This document shows, piece by piece, positions 24,743 through 37,421 of a DNA stretch of 64,000 bases; the first letter of the stretch is position 1, and every line of letters begins with the position of its first letter. The DNA is from Sarea resinae. Taxonomy: Eukaryota. The stretch lies in contig JAPEUD010000007.1 in assembly GCA_026026165.1 (NCBI GenBank), positions 372,001 through 436,000 of the forward strand, in the 5' to 3' direction. A program made the translations under genes and the position numbers. The notes beneath the pieces were generated by a model. That model searched no databases, was not told where the DNA came from, and saw only the letters and a list, made by a program, of their open reading frames with translations.

Positions 24743-24899
24743 AATCGATAGAGGGGGAGAGCCGGTGTTATCATGTTTGCATGGTTTTGGGTTTCTACTA
24801 TCAACGCCCCTCGCTCGATTAGAGAAGCCTTTTTTCCTTTTCTCTCGTCTGCCCATATCTCTGAATCCTAGCGTTTGAGCCTCGGTCTAGCCTAGCATT

Positions 24900-26252
24900 T
24901 GATTTTCTAGTCATCTTGTCTCCTGCCCTCTTTGACCTCTTGCCTCCTGCCCTCTCTGCTACCTCACCCAACCACTCAATCATTCGAGCACACAATCCTC
25001 GACAACTCGACTACTCAATTATTCAGCCACTCAATCACTCACTCGACCACTCAATCAATCACTCACCCATCAACATCCTTGGTCACCGTCCCTCTCCCTC
25101 TCCAGCATCCTCTCACCCAATCAGCCACTCGCTCACTCCCTCGACGACTCACCCCTCAACATCATCGGTTCCCCCGCCCTCCTACCCCGTCTCCAGCATC
25201 CCAGCATCTCATCTCATCCTCTCACCCTCTCATCCGCTCTCACTCGCTCTTCACAAACACAGTCCTGTCCACATAAAGCGGTCGTTAGATTCGTGGATCC
25301 GGGGAACCAGCTAGCCAGACAAACATACACACCGGCGTTGTTGTTCTTGTCTTCGTTGTTGTTCTTGTCTTCGTTCTTGCTCTTTTCCTCGCTCTAGCCC
25401 TTTTCCTTATTCTTGTTCTCGTTCTCGTTCTCGTTGTTCTTGTTCGCGTTCTCTTTGTCGTCTGTATGTTATCATGGTCTGTTATCGAGAATCCTATCAT
25501 CGATCATCTATCATCTATCATCTATCTCTCTCTCTGTGTCTCTCTCGCTCTCTCGCTCTCTCGCTCTCTCTACAGTGTGAGTTCTTGTGAGTTCTATCTT
25601 CTAGTCTATCTTCTAGTCTTGTGAGTCTGTTGGGGGCTACAATAGAGTGGAGGAGGAGGGGGCAGGGTTGTGTGTCCATGTCTGCGTTTACAGGTACTAT
25701 GTTATACTATACTATATTCTATCACGCTAGACAAGACCATACTATACTATATTAAACCACTAAAACTATCTCCTAGCCTACCTACCTAGCCTAGCCTACA
25801 GTGCCTAGCCTAGCCTACCTACCTACCTAGGTACTCCTACATAATAATGAGCAGAAAAGGTAAAGAAGGATTATAAATTCTATCTTTTCTCTCAAAGAAA
25901 GTGAGAAGAAGAAGAGAAAGAAGAAGAGGTAAGGAGTAGATTCAGGTAGATTTTAGATGAAAAGTAGTTAGGTACTATAGGTAGGTTGTGTTACTCGAAT
26001 TCAGAGAAGAGAAGAGAAGAGAAGAGAAGAAAAGAGAGAATAGCATAAGATTTAGAATTAGATAGATAGATAGAATAAAAGTGTAAAGAGTAGAGAGTAG
26101 AGAGTAGAGAGTAGAGAGTAGAGAGTAGAGAGTAAAGAGTTAAGAGTAAAGAGTATAGAGTATAGAGAGTAGAGAGTAAAGAGAGTAAGGTGTAAAGAAG
26201 AAATATTTGTCGGTATTACATTATGCTCTTTCTCTCGCTCTTTTTCTCTCTT

Positions 26253-26299
<47 letters not shown>

Positions 26300-26530
26300 C
26301 TTTAAACAACTAAGCCCTTAAGCCCTACTAGGTATATAGGTTAGTACTGTAGATAGCAAAAGAGTAGCAAGAGAGTAGTAGTAAAAGAGTAGCCAAAGTC
26401 TAGATAAGGTAGCTTCTAGAGTAGAGCAACAGAAGCCAAGGTGAGCTATAGCTAAGTAGAGCAGAGCCAAGCCAGAGCCAAGGGAAACTAAAAGCTAAGC
26501 AAATCAGAGCCAAGCCATGTCAAGCTAGGT
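24900..26530. repeat. AT-rich mosaic of microsatellites: (TC)n, (AGAGTAG)n, (CCTA)n, (CCTAG)n, (GAGAA)n; RIP-like
   Basis: Visible tandem arrays, e.g. 26085-26135 and 26258-26297; TpA abundant and CpA/TpG scarce by eye. Confidence 0.8.
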
Positions 26531-26893
26531 ACGCTACGTCGAGCAACAATGGTCCCAAGTCTACATACATATATAACAACGACAGCGGATTGGACATTAG
26601 AGCCACCACCCAGCTATTTCCACTTCCTAGTACGGATCTCGGTTTTCCATGTCCTGCCGCACCCTACCGTACCGTACCCGTCCATCCCATCTCGTGCCGT
26701 GTCTCGTGCCGGTCCCTTTATCCCTGGTATGACCCATCCATCATCGGTCAATCATTCATCCCTTCGACGCATCCATTGATCCATCCATCCATCCATATAT
26801 CATGCTCGGAAAGAAACCCAGAAGAAAACTCCACTCTCCACAAACACCAAACGATATGTTCGCCCGACTTCCATAGAAACGACAGAGGGAAAG

Positions 26894-29046
26894 CTATTCG
26901 TGAGCGATGATGCCGCCCAAATATCCCAACTCGTCAAAGAGCTGCTGCAGAGTCGAGGATCTCTGATCTGGATACTGAGTATCGGTATAACTATGATGGT
27001 GATGGTGGCTCAACCCGATCTTGGGCTCGTTCTCGTGCGTAGTGTGGCCATGGCCATGTTGCTGGTGCAAAAGCCTAGGCTCGTCTTCGTGCTCATCCGG
27101 CCACATGTCCATGAAGCCGTGGCCATCGAGGTCGATATCCAGACGCTCGATTTGCGGGGGCGAGACATCAGACGTTCTACCCCGACTCTTCTTCTCCCCG
27201 CCCTTCAACGTTAGCTCGGAGGCATGCTCCTCTTCCGGTAGTGTATACCCCTTAAAATGACCGAACCCGAAACAGGCCGCCTTGCGTTTCTCCCCGGCCT
27301 TGTCGATCCGAAGTCCTGCGAGCGATGAGATGGGCCCGCCGTCGTCTATGCATGATACGTTGTCATTGGGTGCCGACAGAGGCTCGGGTACTTCCAAGCT
27401 AGATTCTCGTTCGGGAGTCTTGTCGTCCTCGCTGAAGTCGCTCATGGATGGGGTCGTCTGGTCAGAAGTGTAGCCGAAGCGGCAGCCGGGGCTGTTGGAG
27501 TCTTCGGTTGTGGAGCTAAACGACGGTGATGTGGGGTGGAAAGGCGGACAGGATCTTGGTGGGGAAGCAAAGGTTGAAGTACTGTAGACGGAGAAGTGGC
27601 TTCGAATGGGAGGGGAAGACGAGGCGGGTTCTGCGGGCAGGGGAGGAGCGACGTAGTCTAAACTCGGTGGAGGTGAGGATGCGGCGTGGTGTGAGTGTAG
27701 TCGGGATGTGTACGGCAGTGGCGCCTCGGGTTGAGATGATTTGGTGGGTATGCTGAGAGGCTCAGGCATTAACGAAAGGAGAGGCTCGAAAGGAATGTCT
27801 GGCAATTCTTTGTTCAGGATATCGTGAGTTGGGGACGCTTCTCTCTGATGCTGGTATGGCCGTGGTGCCAGGCCATGCTGGCAAGGTGCCTCCTCCTGTA
27901 GACCATCAAGAGAAGCCCGGCTGTCAAAATCATCGCCATCATCCGGCGTCTTGGCCACATCCTGCAAAGATATCAACGCCATTGAAGATCCAGCACTCCT
28001 ATCCTGTCTCAAAGGTGACGGTTCTCTGCACCTGGCTGGCGGACGGAAAGTAAGCTGTGGGCTTGTGACACTTTGGCGCATTATCAGCGGCGGTGTATCC
28101 TGGGTGGGTGTGCGGCGGGACGATTGGACTGAAGATACCGGCTTCCAGGACGCAAAATAAGGTCTCTCATCCGTGCGGCCAATCAGCATGGGGCTACTAA
28201 TTTCCATATCCGCTTCTCTACCCCAGTACCCGCGGCGGCCAGACAAAGGATTCGTCTCAGCATATGCCGAGTGGGGAGCCCTGCTGGCAGTTCCTGTCCC
28301 ACGAGGAGCATGGAGCGTCGGTGATCCCGGCCGCATGCAGTCTTCCGATTGTTTGCGCGACAGTAAACGGCTAAAGTTGATGGTGCTTCCCGGGTAAGGA
28401 GAAGACTTAATGGACCTCTCTGCTGGTGGCGGACGGACCTCGCAACGCTTTCTCTCCATCGAAGCCGGGGATGTTGTAAGGCGAGGTAGCTTGGGCACCG
28501 GCACCGCCCTCGGTGCAAGATACTTGTCGTCAGGATTCATGGTCCGGGTAGCCACTCGTGAATCACTGCGACCCCTTCGCTCTTCGGATTCGGCTTCGAT
28601 AGGAACGTCGAGGACATTGACTGGCTGTCCAGGAAGGAAAGGGCATGCCGTGGTAGATGGCTCGCTGGGGTTATGATGCTCAACATCATGGTCAAGCCGG
28701 TACTAGCAAGACGTAAGAAACTGCAGTAATAAAAGTCGGCATGGCGGTACGCACATAGTACCAATATCGTCCCCCCATCTTCAGGCCTCCTTCTCTTCTC
28801 CCACCAGGTAATTGAGGATCGCCATCACAGATGATGTTCTCGAATGAATGACACCCACGCCAGTGTCCTCGACCTTTGCGTGGATCTTTCTGCATTGGAT
28901 ATGGTTTGCAGAAGTTGTCCCAAGAACCCAGCAGATGAGCGGATTGTACCGACGGTGCCGTTTGACTATACAAAGTCAATTCAATGTCTCGAAGAACATG
29001 AAGACTCCACTTACAGCATAAACGTAACGAGAGTGGTCAACTCCAT
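26894..29046 (-). CDS. Fungal hypothetical protein with an N-terminal CBM48/AMPK-beta-like domain and a long Ser/Pro-rich tail
   Basis: Start MELTTLVTFM, intron, then AHLLGSWDNF...GHWRGCHSF...GGLKMGGRYWYY, intron, then HNPSEPSTTACPFLPGQSVNVLDVP, continuing into the 553-aa ORF that ends QQLFDELGYLGGII. Confidence 0.72.
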
Positions 29047-32000
29047 GGCAACAGTTAGATTACACACTAGACACTTAGATTAGGTTGCAGAGAATGAACA
29101 CACTGAGAGCAACAGAAGATTTTTGCACAGATGACTCGATCTATTTTCGATGTACCAGGGCCTGCCTGAATGAGAGAGAAGAGAGGAGGGTATTCTCAAA
29201 GGAAAGGACGCCGGAGAAAGAATGACTGAAGATATCAAATGAAAGAAAGTAAAGGCAGAGCATGCTATTGAAGGAGTCAGTAAAGTGCGTCACCATACCG
29301 CGCAAGGACAGGACAAACTTACCAAAGAAACAAAAGAACGACCGACTGCTCCCTCTATTGCTGTCTTCCCTCTATAGCTAAATCACAGCTTCCCAGAGCC
29401 GGACTTCAGATGGTAGATATACAGCCAGCCCGCGGATGAAGCGAGCGAGCATTGGCAATATTTACTGCCCCGCTGTTGCAAGTCTGCGACAACGACGAGA
29501 GCGTAGTGTATTCAATGGCAGCTCCAGAGAACGGACGCGACGTTTGAGGTGTGCTACTGGGGTACCTGATGCAATTCGATGGCCGTCTCTCGGCCAATAG
29601 AGGGCGATTCGATTAAGCGCCGTGAGGCTCGACGGTCATATAGTCAACTCCTTCGGCTGCGCCGCTTGTTTCTGGGGGGTTCTTCTCGTTTCAACACTTG
29701 CTGGTGTGTGGTTTGAGCGAGAAAAGAGGGTCTGATTCAAGTCATAAATAGTAGACGGAGTCAGTTGAGAGCAATGAGGCACGTTCGAGGCATGGCTCAT
29801 GCTGGTTCGGTCTCGACCACTGCCAGCACAGACAACACAGACAAGATGATGAGTACTGATAGCCGTCGTAGGCAGGCACCTGGGACAATAACAATGATAG
29901 GCCTCGAGGGGCACGCTGTACGCTATGGGCTGTGCGCACTTTAAGAGGACACCAGACTCTACGCTTCGGGGCTGCGATAGGGTGATCCATGGCACGTCAG
30001 GGTAAGGGATCCGTAGGGAGCAGGAAGAGCGAGAGTGAGGTCAACATGACTTGACTCCCGTCCCTTGGAATCAACGGCAGCAGCCATTTGATTGCTGGCG
30101 CGCACCCACCGCGAATAGCTAGGGCAGACAAGAAGAGACGGCCGTGGTAGGTAGGGCAAGGTCGGCCGAAACGGTTGACCGCAGATGGATGGAGCAGTGC
30201 CGCTGTCAGAGCAAGGCAGGACAAGCCGGGGCCGCCACCTACTCCGGAGTAGTGACATTGTGCCGCCAAATTGCAAGCCGAGCGCGTTCCAGTCAGGCAG
30301 CTTAGAGTTCCGATACTGCACTCGGTAGCAGATATCAATTAATCACAATGCAGGGCAACGGTGTCCATCACATTGGCATTGGCATTGCATTGGCATTGCA
30401 TTGGCATCTGCCATTGCTGTGCCTGTCATGATGATGATGATGACTGCTCGAGACGGAAGAGGGCAATCCTCTCCACGTTGGGGTGCGGCATTGCCATTCA
30501 CGTCCATGCTGTGATGGGAGATCCATGACCAGTGGAGACCAAACGAATGTGCTTGGAAGAGGAGAGAGGGCAGCTACGTGCAGCAAGCAGGCATGGGCAG
30601 CCAGCCAGCCAGCCAGCCAGCCAGCAAGCAAGCAAGCATTCCCACCACTCTACTCTCTAAACCCTCCTCTCACGCTACATCCAATGTATTTCTACTCCAT
30701 ATCCTCGTACTTGATCGACGAAACGAACCCCGTCACCAGCGCACCACCCGCTCAGGAACCAAGCGCCCATAGGCCAGCGAGCCACTTCCCTCGGCCATGG
30801 CAGTCGGTGCCGAACAGGCATCAATTCCTCCATTGTTTCTCATCTCCCATCCTCGTCCCCCTCCTCGTCCCCATCCATCGTACTCCCACCAACCGATGAA
30901 AAATGCTGTACAGTAGAAAAGAGAAAGTGGTAATATCGTTCAGTTCCACAAGCCCATCCACGTCCACGAGCGACCGAGCAAGGCCAGGAAGGACGAACAA
31001 TGCTGCTTGCTGCTTGCTCATTTCCGACGTCAGCTGTCCGGTGGCGCAATGGATAAGATACCAGAGCGACCCGTCCTCCCCTGCGACACACCCGATTCCC
31101 AATGGGGTTCGCAGGGGAAACACCCGGGCGTGACTCCTCACCCAATCATCAAATGGGAGATTAACCAGCCAGATTGCCAGCTACATACCATAGTAGTAGA
31201 TCGACGACGCCCTCACTACTCTAGTTTCGAGCATATCTGGCCAGCCGGACCTGGGCACTGACGGGAATGGCAGATGTGCGGTGGCCCGATTGGGATGGGC
31301 ATTCTGCATGGAGATGCGAAACCGGTTTTCTTGCGAAATTGGGGCGACAACCACGAGCCACTTGCACACGGCGCGCGACAGGGGACTTGTCGTGTCTTTT
31401 CGTCGGGCTCGATGGATCGTTTGATAGGGGAATGTTGCTATCCTCTCACATCATCGTGTCTAATCTACCTACCTACCTACCTAGCCACTTCCGACTTACC
31501 CTACTGCAGTAGAGCGGGAGCCAACTCACTTTACTCCATGCTGTATGGACATCACGCCAACGGGATGGATCTGTTCTCTGGAATATAATCGCAATGATTG
31601 ACGAATGACGAATCTGACATGACTTTTGCAAGATGCATCGACCAACCCGTACCCTCGCGACCTCGCCAACCGTCGCGAATTACGGAAGGCCTTCTAAAGC
31701 TCTAGACAAGCATCATCACAAACCTAGAATCATCATACCGCTCGGCATTGGCAGGTAGTAATACCATCAGACTCGCCAAGACCACATCATCTTAGCCAGG
31801 AACCTTAGCAGGCAGCCTTGCCCCAGAAAGAAATCATCTCGTAATTCAATCTCGAGCGACACATTTCCGAATCTCCCTCCCTTACATACAGCGTGTGACC
31901 GTTTCAATTCCAAGCTTCATACCCGTCAGCGAACACCCCCATTCTGCGATCCCGTTTCTGCGGCACCGGAATGCTTCGAATCGTTCGCTAGGTTTCTTCG

Positions 32001-32457
32001 ACGTTACCCTAAACTTGCCATACTTCCCCAGAGTTCCAACGAATACGAAGGTGTATGCGAGGAGAGAAGAGATGCCGTGCTTGCAAGCATGCATGCATGA
32101 CTTTATCGTCTCGGATAGTCGATAGTCGTCTGTGCACAAGCTTTCACACGGGGGCCAGCGTTTGTCTGGTTGCCCTCCAAAAACATTGCAGACGGTCAAA
32201 AACTATTCGAGATTCACGTCGGACTGGTGATTTTATTCTTGGGAGCTCGGTGCTGCCTTTTCTTCTCTTTCTCGTATTCTCCTCTTCTTCGTAATGTTCT
32301 CGGTAGGAACCGTTTTTCTCTCTTAGGCTTCCGAATGAGAGCCATCCTCCCGCTTTTACGTTCGAGGACATATGCCCACCTTGAATTAAACCAATGAGAA
32401 CTGCTCATTGCAGCTTCCGCTTGCCATCCGGGCGATCGAGAGGATAGCCATCAGATA

Positions 32458-33790
32458 CTATATATCCTTCCAGTCCCTTTCCTCCGCATTGAACATATCT
32501 CGAGCCCATTGATGTGTATGTTTGCATGAATTTTGTGGCTTGGGGCGAAGCACCACAGAAACATCATAGGTTCCTACTTTATTTGGCGCACCCTCAGACC
32601 AGGCGTGTTCTATTCTGCGGTCACGCCAACAGTGGCCACAGATCCCGATATCAGGCCAGCCCCTATCGACACAGACTTCCAGGACATTGAGCACGGGCTC
32701 AATTCGCGTCCGCAGGCCGCAATGGGCATGATTAGGGTTGATTTGGTATGATGGACACTGGCGTAGAGTCTTGAGTAACGTCTTGATGTCCCCTGGGTAG
32801 TACTGGGGTCCTTGCGTGTCGAAAATGGTCCCTTGAAGTCGGAGGGTGCCTACGCGCGTGAAGAAGCGGATCATTTCTCCCAGCTGAAAGGAGTCGCACT
32901 GAGGAGAAGAGTCGTATCCCAGTTTGCATTGGCGGTCTTTCGAGGTGTAGAGGTTGAGAAAGTGTTTCTGGAGAGAATTCACTGTGTCAAGTAGAGATTC
33001 GCGACGGTAGAGTAATTCGGCTGCAACGAGCTGGTGAGCGTGCTGATTTGGTTGGAGATTGATGATACTTACCTTCTAGGCCTTTAGGGAGGTCCCACCA
33101 TAGCGGAAGGTTTTCGGCGCTGGAAATTTCATCGGATGTCCACCTTGTAGAGCCTTGGAAGATGATCTCCTTGCTGAAGAAGGCCACGTACTCGGGATAA
33201 TCGAGTAGGATACAGATGAGTAGCTTCTGTCGCAGCAATTCCTCATTCAAGGGCCCTTTCTGTATACGTCGTAAATCTGGTGCCACGAACAGTCGTTGAG
33301 CTTTCAAATAGGGACCCACTACACGTAGGCAATCGAATCTGTCTGCTATGATTGCCAAAGTGACAAGATAAGCCGTGGGCTTTCCTTTGCTTGGCAATTT
33401 CAAATCAGCTTCTCCGCCCTGGCCATGCAAGATGCGTAGATAATCGGCGAATATTTCACGTGTCAGGTGATCCAGCGGTGTATGTTCCATTCCAGATACT
33501 ACGATATGTGGCAGTTCGCGGTTCGATGCCAGCGAGAAGCTGGAGTATTGTCCTCGAAGCGTCTTGTGGGTCTCGCTGACAATGGCTCCTTCTTTGAATT
33601 TTAATGGATCGAGTAGAGTGCTGAAGTATTCCGATCTATATGTCAGGCATCGGGACAAGACTCTGAAGAGCCATATCTCATGGCTCGACTGGTCTTGGAA
33701 CCCGAGGATGAGATCGCCGCTCTCATCAATGGTGGTCACAGCTGGATCGTCATCGCCGTCGTCTCGTATCGGCACACCCACAGAAGCCAT
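32458..33790 (-). CDS. Fungal BTB/POZ-like domain hypothetical protein
   Basis: IDESGDLIL...FRVLSRCL...SEYFSTLLDPLKFKEG and LAIIADRFDC are typical of fungal BTB proteins. An intron at about 33022-33072 links to a second exon with CDSFQLGEMIRFF and HAHCGLR. Confidence 0.75.
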
Positions 33791-34565
33791 GAGGAGCAGG
33801 CTTGAATCATGGGAGGTTGTGATTATATGACCGAGCGACTTATGACAAGAAGAAGCGGCGCCGCCATGTGAGCTTCGAGGTACCTAAAACTGCATCAAGA
33901 CAAGGCAAATTGATGAGACATGCCCCTAGCCTTCTCGAACGTTATATGGCTACCTAGGACTGTAAAGTGGCGAAGATTAGATCGGAAGGCATTTACGAAT
34001 ATTGCCAGCCATTTATTGATGTAGCACGTGGGATTGCCGGTCTATCAGTCGCTGACCGCCTTCGCTACGGCTCGTGGCTGTCTACTCATAGTACTACGAC
34101 ATGGTACAACCCCACCAACCCTCAAGTACTCCGAGTACTCACCCAAGGACCAATCAGACAATACAGATATAAGCTGACACTGTTGTCCTATTTTGTCTCC
34201 CTCTTCGTCCTCACAATCCACCTGCTCCCCATCGACACTTGATCGTCTTCTATTTCCGTCATATTCCTCATCCACTCTCTGATCTCTTGTATCGAAAGTG
34301 GTGCATTCCTATCTCCATCGACTCTTCCAATCATGAGGTACATAATGAGCTTTAGCTGCAGCTTCTAATCAATCACTGAAACAATATGCCTTGCGACTCC
34401 GAGCAAAGAAAGCAATAAGATCAAGTACTGTTCATCCAGATCAGAATCTCTGGCTTGAACTCCGCCGCAACTCCATTATACTGGAACAAGAAAGTTTCTG
34501 CATGTTGAACGCTCGAATCGCTCGGGAAGCTGTTCAAGACGGCCATACGGTCATATCGAAGAATG

Positions 34566-35989
34566 CTAATCATCAATGCTCCGCACGTTTGTGGACGTGA
34601 CACCAACATCTCCAGTCTTCTTTTCAAACTCTGTTTCAATGACGCCTGATTCTTCATCAAAGCTGGGATTGGTGCTGGATTCAGAGTTCATAGCCTTCGC
34701 CTTCAGAAAAGGCCAGTGGCCTCGTCTTTCCTTGTATCGCATTGCGAGGAAGCCAAGCATGATGACGACCCAGTAAAGGTTGTATCCGATGACTGTTCCA
34801 TAAGTCGCAGAGTTCTCCCAACCGAGAATAGCGTTGAAGATACCCCAGCCGCCGCCGCCATTGACCTCAGCATTACAGCACTGGGCTCAGATGTCAGCAC
34901 AAGACTAACAAAAAGGCTTACGCCAATACTAATTCGAAGCTTACATTGACATGCCAGACACTCTGACGGATATCATAGGAACCAGGGCCCGAACCAGTCT
35001 CGGAGGCATCCCCTCCAGTGAGACTACTCCACTGTGATTTCGTCAGCTTTTCGCTCTTCAATGCGTTATGGTATGCAAGCCAGGCCACATACCGCATGAT
35101 TCTCAAAGTACCAGATGGCCTTGGAGAAGAGACCAGCAGCAACCAGATATAAGAAGCATGTTGAAACGATCAAAAACACCTGGATTGGCGCGTGGTTACC
35201 ACCCCTAGCAAAAGATCAGCTTCATGAGGAGTGTAGAAGAGGCAAAATCACCCACTTATAGATCAAGAAGCCGATGGCGAAGCCAGCAAGCAGTCCACAG
35301 ACCACGGCAAGAGGGAAGGCCGTGGCGGGTAGACCAAGACTTACGCCTCCGATGAAGACGACTGCTTCAAGACCTTCTCGGAGGACCGTGATGAAAGGGA
35401 GAAGGAACATGGCATATTTCTCTGCCCAAAGCTTCAGCCGGGCGCCGATGCGGCCCTGAGTAAATTTGCTCTTCTCCTTGGCCTCAAGGGCTTTGGCCAG
35501 CTTGACTCGCCACTTGTCTTGGAGCTTTGATACCCGCAGGAGCGCGGCGCCCATCATAGAGATGACGAGGGAAGCAATGAGACCAAAGGAACCTTCCCAG
35601 ATGTCTTCCGTATTCGAGAAATGATCTTTCCCCAGCCCATAGAAGGCTCCGATCATCCCGGCACCGATACAGATACATATTACCAAGCCTAATGCGGTAC
35701 CAAACCAGACCTTGAGCCAAGTCTTAGCATCCTCGCTGTCACGAAAACGAAGCGTGGAAAGACAATCGCTTTTTCACGGAGAATGTTTACCTGTCTGACA
35801 AGTTTTCTATATACTATTGGATCCTTGTCAGGGCCCAAAGTCTGCTTGATAAATGCGAGAAGCACAGAGACAATGATGCTTGTTTCAAGCGTCTCACGGA
35901 AGCAGATGAAGAAGACTGTAAATGTGTTAGCTGGGGCTCGATCAACAATATCGTGGATCCTTACTCGGAACGGCAAAGACGGCCACCAT
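34566..35989 (-). CDS. FTR1: High-affinity iron permease
   Basis: Start MVAVFAVP at 35989; two REXXE motifs (RETLE, REGLE); [37 protein letters not shown]. Five GT-AG introns. Confidence 0.95.
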
Positions 35990-36111
35990 CTTTGCAACTT
36001 CACAACAGCGTGCTGCAAATGGATCGAAGGAATACAGAAAGATGAAGGACTATGAAACCTTGCAGGCAGATTATGAGTGTTGATCACCCCGACAAGGTCA
36101 GCACGAGTCTG

Positions 36112-37284
36112 ATCTGATAAATTGGGGGGAAAGAGGTGGAGGACATCGATCTGATAAAGTTCTACCGTCGCTACTGCGGAAAACCCATGGCTAAGCGAGC
36201 AGCACTCGCATAATCGGCCACTCACACCTTAGCGTTTGCCCTAGGGAAGTGCGACTTTGTGAATCCACCCCAAGAGGTGAAGGTGTCGGCCGGTCTCGGG
36301 GCCATTGGACATAGAGTCAGGCCATTCTAGGTTGGCCTTGTTACAACTGCGACGTAAATGCCGAGAGACGTGGCTAAAGAATGTCGGGGAAAGTGGGTCA
36401 CCACACACCCCAAGATAAAACTCAAAGTACATGGACCGTCAAAGTTTCCGGATCGCGTGGCTTGACGGAAACCCAAGTCTTGCCGAACCAGAAAGCTCAT
36501 CACGGCTCTTGCTGGGGCGTCATGGTCTCGTGCTGACTGGCAATTTTCTTGCTAACATATAGCAGTTCGATTAATCAAAATACGAGCACGGCAGTACTGC
36601 CGAAGTACGTAAATACGGGATTTGTTGGGTGTGAAGGGGTGAAGGTGGTGAGGGGCAGGGCGGGAGAATGCTTGATCTGATAAGCTAAAAACATTTAGAC
36701 TTTGGCTAATACGAGTCTAGCGTCCTTTGCGGGCACACACGCTACTGTCTCATTGGATACTCTGGAACAGAATTTTATCTGATCGGCCTTGAGATGATCT
36801 GACAAGCGGCGGCCTGCATTGCATTACTGTTGAAGTTGCACCGGTTCCTCCACGAGGCATTCGAGAAGGCTTGGTCTCTGATCGTCATTCTTGGCCTGCA
36901 ATTTCATGCGTTGACCCGCTTCCTCCCTGATATCTTTTTCCTACCTCTTTGCTTCCCTGGGATTCTGTGACACATCAATCGAAGCCAGCAGTGGGATTGG
37001 GGCTTGTGACACCACGTTGTCGAATCTGGCCGCCTTCCTTGCAGAGTATCCCGTTCTTGTGTTCGAATTGGTACTCCGCACGAAAGGCTTGTCAATTATC
37101 CAAGCCGAAAGTTCCTTTCCGCTACGGCTGCCATCCAAGTTCCCTTTTAGTTTAGGCGCCCAACGCGCCATTTCTTTCGCCAAGACTTTCACCCCCACAA
37201 TCAGATATCGTTACGCATTTCCAGGTTCCGGCATTTTGCCGCGCTGCAGACATCAGACAAGATCACAGACTGCCCTTATCAGAT
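36112..37284. promoter_or_regulatory. Cluster of ATCWGATAA extended GATA sites (SreA/SRE iron-repressor type) in the bidirectional FTR1-FET3 promoter
   Basis: ATCTGATAA at 36112, 36149 and 36675; reverse-strand copies TTATCTGAT at 36775 and TTATCAGAT at 37276; near-matches at about 36797, 37200 and 37251. Confidence 0.8.
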
Positions 37285-37421
37285 CATCATCTGTCTTCAA
37301 GAGTCACTGGTCAAACTCAGCGTCCGTTGATCAATAAGGACTCTCAATCATAGAGGCCTTTCACGAAAACCCTACTCGAAATATTTGAAGGGCAAGGCTC
37401 TCTTCTAACACTTCATACCCC

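Noticed and set aside
29400..32400. Many 60-140 aa ORFs
   Set aside because: Overlapping on both strands, derived from microsatellites and without coding bias; likely promoter or intergenic DNA.
33967..34600. Short plus-strand ORFs between the BTB gene and the FTR1 3' end
   Set aside because: Multiple stops, no motif and no convincing splice signals; cannot be supported as a gene.
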